This document shows, piece by piece, positions 16,821 to 21,697 of a DNA stretch of 21,697 bases (within the stretch, counting starts at the first letter, position 1; every line of letters starts with the position of its first letter). The notes below the pieces were generated by a model, which saw nothing but the letters and a program-made list of their open reading frames with translations, ran no database searches and was not told the DNA's origin. Origin of the DNA: Abditibacteriaceae bacterium (GTDB lineage: Bacteria > Armatimonadota > Abditibacteriia > Abditibacteriales > Abditibacteriaceae); contig JANPJS010000030.1 in NCBI GenBank assembly GCA_031425655.1, positions 1 through 21,697 on the forward strand, read 5' to 3'. Position numbers and translations under genes: made by a program.

Positions 16821-17332
16821 ATGAATCGCACTACTCATTACGTTGCTTACTATCGTGTTTCCACCGACAAGCAGGGCTAGTCCGGTTTAGGGCTGGAGGC
16901 GCAAACCGCCACCATTGAAAGCCACGCCCGGCGCAACAGCGGTGAAATTCTCGCTCGCTTTAAAGAGATCGAGAGCGGCAAACGCAATGATCGTCCGGAG
17001 CTGTTGAAGGCTTTGGCATTATGCCGAAAACAGAAAACGGTGCTGATTATAGCCAAGCTTGATAGGCTGGCCAGAAACACGGCCTTTATCGCCAACCTGA
17101 TGGAAAGTGGCGTCGAGTTCATCGCCTGTGATATGCCCCAAGCCAATAAGCTCACCCTGCATATCATGGCCACCGTTGCCGAAAACGAACGCGAACTGAT
17201 CTCGCAGCGGACTAAAGATGCTCTCAAAGCGGCGAAGGCACGCGGCCAAAAACTGGGCTGTCCAAGACCCAATATTCCATTGATCAAAAAAGCGTGGTCA
17301 GAAGATGCGCGCCGCTTTCGGGCGACCCACTA
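16821..17332 (+). pseudogene. Serine recombinase (resolvase family) with an internal stop and 3' truncation
   Basis: MNRTTHYVAYYRVSTDKQG*SGLGLEAQ has TAG at 16878. It continues with E.ESG....RPEL, IAKLDRLARN and ERELISQRTK, and is cut by the IR at 17333. Confidence 0.9.
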
Positions 17333-17370
17333 GGGGTCACCGTAGAAAACGGAATAAATTGCACGTTAAG
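17333..17370 (+). repeat. 38-bp Tn3-family IR (element A type) facing right; partner not in window
   Basis: GGGGTCACCGTAGAAAACGGAATAAATTGCACGTTAAG. Confidence 0.95.
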
Positions 17371-17435
17371 GATTTCTCCGTGTGATTGAAGGCTAAAAAT
17401 TAGTTCAACCGGCCAATATAAGTAGCTAAATTGGG

Positions 17436-17666
17436 GGTAGCCAAATAACATTGGATTATTTGTTTTTGGCCACCGGTGTCATACTTAGTGCATCTCCACA
17501 AGAGTTATTGTTCAGAATGTGAAAATCTCGATAGCGGAGCTTGCGCCCTCTTCCAATCGAGCTATAGGAGGCTTTCAAAGTTTGGAAGAGGGCGCCAGCC
17601 CCGCTATCCAACAACAACTCCTGTGGACACGCATTAGCTAAGAAGGGTTGACCCCTCTTGGCTACC
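17436..17666 (-). other. Long multi-stem fold-back; candidate structured ncRNA or ssDNA element
   Basis: Nested arms: 17530-17556/17582-17608 (25/27), 17489-17512/17610-17633 (20/24), 17484-17488/17638-17642 (5/5), 17475-17481/17649-17655 (6/7) and 17436-17444/17658-17666 (9/9). Confidence 0.65.
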
Positions 17667-17733
17667 TCTGGCGACAATGTAAAAGCTGCCTGACAAAGAA
17701 ATATTAGCCTCCCACGCTCAAAAAAATTGTTTG

Positions 17734-17762
17734 TTGACGGAAGTGGCATTTTGCCATACAAT
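17734..17762 (+). promoter_or_regulatory. Sigma70-type promoter of toxin-antitoxin pair 2
   Basis: TTGACG (17734-17739), a 17-bp spacer, then TACAAT (17757-17762). Confidence 0.8.
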
Positions 17763-17793
17763 CATAAAGAAGGCATCCGTGGCGTTTTGCCAC
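17743..17793. promoter_or_regulatory. Two palindromic operators, GTGGC-N5-GCCAY
   Basis: GTGGCATTTTGCCAT (17743-17757) lies in the promoter spacer. GTGGCGTTTTGCCAC (17779-17793) lies downstream of the predicted start site. Confidence 0.75.
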
Positions 17794-17815
17794 ATGAGAG
17801 AAAGTCGGAGAAAAC

Positions 17816-18130
17816 ATGGCGACGCTCAGCGCACCTCAAAAAACAAAACCCAGTGACCGTATCAACTGCCGCATCAGTCCGGCCATCAAAAAACAAGCCG
17901 AGGACGCGGCTCACCTTTTGGGACAAAGCATTACGGCTTTCACCGAAACCGCTTTAGCCGAAAAAGCCCAAAGCGTTTTGGCCGAACAGGAGCGGATCGT
18001 CTTGTCCGAGCGCGAGTTCGAGCGTTTTGTCGAAATCATCAACGACCCGACGCCGCCGACACCGGCTCTGCTGCGCGCAGCGCAAGAATACAAAGCGGCC
18101 AGAGCGGCCCACCCGGATCGCGGGCTATGA
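17816..18130 (+). CDS. DUF1778-family RHH antitoxin (second pair)
   Basis: GGAG RBS, then DRINCRIS..IK...E.AA.L.GQS.T.F...A..EKA..VL.E.ERI.LS..EFE.F......P..PT..L.RA. Confidence 0.92.
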   Translation: MATLSAPQKTKPSDRINCRISPAIKKQAEDAAHLLGQSITAFTETALAEKAQSVLAEQERIVLSEREFERFVEIINDPTPPTPALLRAAQEYKAARAAHPDRGL

Positions 18131-18173
18131 GCGAATTTCCTATGAGCGCGTTGCGGGTGATGAGAATCTCTTT

Positions 18174-18713
18174 ATGAGCCGTCTGCCATCGGTCTTGACA
18201 AACCCGCCGTGGCATGAGCCGCTCGCTTCGCATCACGACCGCGCCGGTTTCGATTGCGGCGAAAGCTCGCTGAACGAATTTTTGCAAAAGCGCGCCCGCC
18301 AGAACGCCGAGCGCAACTTGGGCGTGACTCATGTGGCGGTGCTTGAACCGGGCGACGCGCAGATTTTGGGATATTACACCTTACTGGTGCGTTCGGTCGA
18401 GCGCGCCGCCTTCGCCGGTGCCAAAAAGTTACCACCCGGTGAAATTGGCGTGGCGCTTTTGGCGCGGTTGGCCGTGAGCCAGAGCGCGCAAGGACAAGGA
18501 CTGGGAACGCAGATGCTCATTCGCGCCATGGGTCAGACGGAGCGGGCAGCGCGCGATTTGGGAATTCATGCGTTGGTCATTCACGCCCTCAACGAACGCG
18601 CGCTGGACTGGTATGTGGGTTTGGAGTTCGGCTTTGAAACTCTGGGAAGCAATCCCTTTCATCTTTGTCTCTCCATCGCTAAGATTCGACAATTAGGATT
18701 ATCTTCGCCTTGA
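18174..18713 (+). CDS. GNAT acetyltransferase toxin (second pair)
   Basis: Start reassigned to ATG 18174. Motifs HDRAGFDCG..SLNEFL, ILGYYTL, ARLAV...AQGQGLG and HALNERA..WY. Confidence 0.92.
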   Translation: MSRLPSVLTNPPWHEPLASHHDRAGFDCGESSLNEFLQKRARQNAERNLGVTHVAVLEPGDAQILGYYTLLVRSVERAAFAGAKKLPPGEIGVALLARLAVSQSAQGQGLGTQMLIRAMGQTERAARDLGIHALVIHALNERALDWYVGLEFGFETLGSNPFHLCLSIAKIRQLGLSSP

Positions 18714-18733
18714 ACTCTTTCACCGTGCAGCAA

Positions 18734-19747
18734 ATGCCCAAGCAGCAAACATCCGCGTCGTCATCAGCTTCGCCAGCACTCAATGCTCTTGAAGGGAATC
18801 TGCCTAACTGCGAACCCGGAGCCGAGGCGCTTTACGATGCGTTCGTCGCCGAAGTGCGTCGGCGGAGCGCCCAACCAATGGCGTTGATCGAAGCCGCGCT
18901 GCCAGCAGGCGAAGGATTGGCGGCGCTCGATACTCTGAAAAGTTGGCTCGATTCCTTTCGGCCTTTGCCGCCCGCTGTGGTGGCCGAACTCAAGCAGCTT
19001 TACACGGTGCGCCTGACCTATCACTCCAACGCCATTGAAGGCAACACCTTAACCCAGCATGAAACCGAGATGGTCTTGTCTCACGGCATTACGATTGGCG
19101 GCAAAACTTTGGTCGAACACTTGGAAGTGATCGGCCACCGCGACGCGATGCAATATATGGAAGAGTTGGCTGCTCAAAACACGCCGGTTGGAGAATGGGA
19201 AATCAAAAACTTGCATAGCCTGATTTTGCTGCCGGTGGACGGCGCTACCGGCACGAGCGAGGCGGGGCACTACCGCAACTTGGACGTGCGCACAGCGGGC
19301 ACCGAACACGTTTACCCGCCGCATTATCAAGTGCCGGAACTCATGGCCGAGTTCGCCGCTTGGATAGCTTCGCCCGAAGTCCAAACTTTGCATCCCATCG
19401 AGTTCGCGTCGCAGGCGCACTTTCGTGTGGTTTCCATTCACCCTTTCCGCGATGGAAACGGGCGCGCGGGCCGTTTGCTGATGAACCTGTTTCTGGTGCG
19501 GGCCGGTTATCCCATCGCAGTCATCACCAATGCGCGGCGCGCGGAGTATATCAAGGCGCTGGTCTATGGACAGAGTCACGCCGACGATAGCAGCGCCCTG
19601 ACGGGCTTGATCCGACAAGCGTGCCGCGAGTCACTGCTGGAAACCTTGGCTCTTTTGTCCACAGCGGGAGAAAGCCGAGGCCGGGGCGCGGCGTTTTATC
19701 GGGCGCTATTCCCCTTGCTGCAAAATGAGTCACAGACAGGCTCGTAA
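18734..19747 (+). CDS. Fic-domain protein, class II (N-terminal inhibitory helix)
   Basis: Canonical HPFRDGNGRAGR catalytic motif with the upstream inhibitory motif SNAIEGN. The start is uncertain (TTG 18710 or ATG 18734). Confidence 0.92.
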   Translation: MPKQQTSASSSASPALNALEGNLPNCEPGAEALYDAFVAEVRRRSAQPMALIEAALPAGEGLAALDTLKSWLDSFRPLPPAVVAELKQLYTVRLTYHSNAIEGNTLTQHETEMVLSHGITIGGKTLVEHLEVIGHRDAMQYMEELAAQNTPVGEWEIKNLHSLILLPVDGATGTSEAGHYRNLDVRTAGTEHVYPPHYQVPELMAEFAAWIASPEVQTLHPIEFASQAHFRVVSIHPFRDGNGRAGRLLMNLFLVRAGYPIAVITNARRAEYIKALVYGQSHADDSSALTGLIRQACRESLLETLALLSTAGESRGRGAAFYRALFPLLQNESQTGS

Positions 19748-19769
19748 AGACTCTGAAGAAGACACGCTC

Positions 19770-20263
19770 ATGACAAAAAACGAACTGACGCCGGTTGTCC
19801 CGGCCATCATCCGGCGCGAGCCGCCGCGCGAACTGGCCAGGAGCAGCCGTCCGATTTTTCTTCCGGCTCAAATTGGACGGGCCGATGAAAAGACACAGCG
19901 CCGCTTTCTGGAATTCTTCGCGGCCACCATCCGCAACAAGAACACGCGCGAAGCCTATTACCGCGCCGTCTGTAAATTCTTCAGTTGGTGCGAAGCGCGT
20001 GGTGTGAAAGACATCACCCAGGTCGAGCCGCTTTTAGTGGCGGCGTTCATCGAAGAAGAAACCGAAGCACACCAGGCCCAGACCGTTAAACAAGAATTGG
20101 CTGCCATTCGGAAACTCTACGACCATCTGGTGACGGGCCAGATCGTGCCCTTCAATCCGGCATCCAGTGTGCGCGGCCCCTCTTACTCCATTGATGTCGG
20201 CAAAACGCCAGTGCTTTCACAGGCGGAGGCGCGCAGGTTGTTGGAAAGCATCCCTCTCTTTAA
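19770..20263 (+). pseudogene. Tyrosine recombinase/integrase N-terminal half, interrupted by an IS
   Basis: FLEFFAATIRNKNTREAY...TVKQELAAIR.L.D.LV.G.....NPA.SVRGP......GKTPVL...EAR.LL.SI. It ends before the catalytic R-H-x-x-R-Y residues. Confidence 0.88.
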
Positions 20264-20321
20264 CAATAGTCCGGTAAATTTTGGGATAGAAAAAGGAAAG
20301 TCAGGGGGTTAGACCTTTGGT

Positions 20322-21697
20322 GTGAACAAAACCCACCCCCTGACACAGGCTTTGGGCCTGGTAGAGAGCATTTTAAGCGAGATGGATGGCCTGAGCAAAC
20401 CGCGAATGCGCTTTATGCGCTGGATTTTCGGAGCGTGGTTGGGCTTGCCGGTGCGTCACACGATGAGCAATCTGGCACGCTTTGGCCCCTATTGCGATAA
20501 GAGCATTCGTCTGCACCAGAAGCGTCGCTTTGCGTTTGCCGATTTTTGCCAACGGCTCATCGTGCAGAGTGGCGATCACGGTTCTGAGTGCGGTTCTGAG
20601 TGCGGTTCTGAGTGCGGCTCTGAGCGCGGCTCTGAGTGCGGCTCTGAGCGCGGTTCTGAGTGCGGTTCTGAGCGCGGTTCTGAGCGCGGTTCTGAGTGCG
20701 GCTCTGAGTGCGAGCGTATCGCTGCTTTTGACCCGACTTTTGTAAGCAAATCGGGCCGCCATACCTATGGTGTGGATTCTTGGTGGTGCGGCACGGCCCA
20801 ACGGGTGCTGCGCGGCTTGGAACTGGGTGTGCTGGGCGTGATTGATGTGAACGCACGGTGTGCCTTTAATTTGCAGTCCACTCAAACGCCATGCCAGCAA
20901 ACGCTCCGTTCAGAAAGCAAAAGTTTAATGGAGCATTACGTCGGTTTGGTCACAGAGCAGGCTCCGCGTTTGTTGTCTTTGGGTGTGAAGATCGTGACCG
21001 CTGATGCTTATTTTGCCAAAAAGAGCTTTATTGACCCTTTGAGCGAGAAGGGTTTTGGCGTGGTCACGCGCCTGCGAGCGGATGCGAATTTGCGTTATCT
21101 GTATCACGGCCCGCAAAAGCGCACCGGACGGCCTCAAAAGTATGCCGGCAAGGTTGACTGTCAAGAGATTGACAAGGGGCGTCTGCGCTTATTTGCTCAG
21201 GATGAAAAGTGTCGCTATTACAGCGGAGTGGTTTATGCGGTGGCGCTCAAACGCTGTGTGCGCATTGTTTATATTGAGCAAAACAAAGACAAAGATTGTG
21301 GCCGTAAGCGTTACTGCATTCTGATGAGCAGCGAGGTGGAGTTAGCCGCGCAGAAGATCGTGGAGTATTACAGACTGCGCTTTCAGATTGAGTTTCTCAT
21401 TCGCGACTCCAAAACCTTTGCGGGTCTCGAAGAATGCCAGGCACGCGACCAAAATAAATTGGATTTCCATTTCAACATGGCTCTGGCCTGTGTCAGTCTG
21501 GCCAAAGCCACGTTTTGGCTGACCCAACCACCTGGACCAAGCGCACAAAGCGCACAAAGAAACGCCTTTTCCATGCGAAACATCCAACTGCTTTTCACCA
21601 ACCAACTTTGGACCGACAGAGTTTTTCAAAACTTAGGTCTTGACCTGAGTTTGAATAAACACCAAACCACCTATCTTCAATGCCTCGACATTGGCCA
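20322..21697 (+). CDS. IS4-superfamily DDE transposase (partial, missing from the ORF track)
   Basis: The frame is open from GTG 20322 to the window end. It contains AFDPTF, TADAYF and YRLRFQIEFLIRDSK (the Y-2-R-3-E-6-K signature). Confidence 0.9.
   Translation, partial: MNKTHPLTQALGLVESILSEMDGLSKPRMRFMRWIFGAWLGLPVRHTMSNLARFGPYCDKSIRLHQKRRFAFADFCQRLIVQSGDHGSECGSECGSECGSERGSECGSERGSECGSERGSERGSECGSECERIAAFDPTFVSKSGRHTYGVDSWWCGTAQRVLRGLELGVLGVIDVNARCAFNLQSTQTPCQQTLRSESKSLMEHYVGLVTEQAPRLLSLGVKIVTADAYFAKKSFIDPLSEKGFGVVTRLRADANLRYLYHGPQKRTGRPQKYAGKVDCQEIDKGRLRLFAQDEKCRYYSGVVYAVALKRCVRIVYIEQNKDKDCGRKRYCILMSSEVELAAQKIVEYYRLRFQIEFLIRDSKTFAGLEECQARDQNKLDFHFNMALACVSLAKATFWLTQPPGPSAQSAQRNAFSMRNIQLLFTNQLWTDRVFQNLGLDLSLNKHQTTYLQCLDIG
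20580..20711 (+). repeat. Tandem repeat, 11 x 12 bp GGYTCTGAGYGC, in frame in the transposase
   Basis: The units were counted directly and encode GSEC x7 and GSER x4. Confidence 0.97.

Larger units (their letters stand above)
20264..21697 (+). mobile_element. IS4/IS701-like insertion sequence (right end outside the window)
   Basis: Integrase similarity ends near TTAA|CAATAGTCCGGTAA, the inferred and approximate left end. A DDE transposase follows. Confidence 0.75.

Noticed and set aside
3113..17370. One 14-kb transposon bounded by the two element A IRs
   Set aside because: The IRs are in direct orientation and their flanks do not form a target duplication.
17436..17666. attC site, retron, 6S RNA, SRP RNA or terminator
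   Set aside because: There are no terminal RYYYAAC/GTTRRRY boxes or integron integrase, no reverse transcriptase in the window, and no SRP GNRA-loop motif. The bulge is one-sided, unlike 6S RNA, and the structure is too long for a terminator and lacks a U-tract.
17456..17761. 101-aa minus-strand ORF
   Set aside because: It has no recognisable domain or RBS, and it overlaps the TA2 promoter and the fold-back.
20580..20711. CRISPR array or repeat-protein ORFs (20373-20900, 20482-20745, 20557-20856)
   Set aside because: The units are contiguous 12-mers with no spacers and no cas genes nearby. The listed ORFs are alternative frames of the repeat inside the transposase.

Overview
This is a mobile-element-saturated accessory region, probably plasmid- or island-like. 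From left to right it holds: the left end of an IS3-family element; a minus-strand ion-homeostasis cluster (pore-only ion channel remnant, a conserved hypothetical protein, two small DUF5985-like membrane proteins, nhaA); nested Tn3-family elements (a Tn21-clade end with a tnpA remnant, an intact 3.8-kb res-tnpR-tnpA transposon without target duplication, and a further tnpA 3' fragment); a decaying glycan-utilisation segment around an intact secreted GH78 alpha-L-rhamnosidase-like gene whose acid-motif Asp and Glu are replaced by Asn and Gln; an internally deleted 2.7-kb Tn21-like element with perfect 38-bp IRs, a CTGTA duplication and a relic internal IR; two DUF1778/GNAT toxin-antitoxin pairs, a serine recombinase pseudogene, a class II Fic gene and a truncated tyrosine recombinase; and an IS4-like element whose transposase carries an in-frame 11 x 12-bp repeat. 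The least explained feature is a ~230-nt rod-like fold-back (17436-17666) just inside a Tn3-family IR. Its mismatches favour G-U pairing on the minus strand, suggesting an unannotated structured RNA or ssDNA. All family assignments come from motif recognition by eye, not from database searches.
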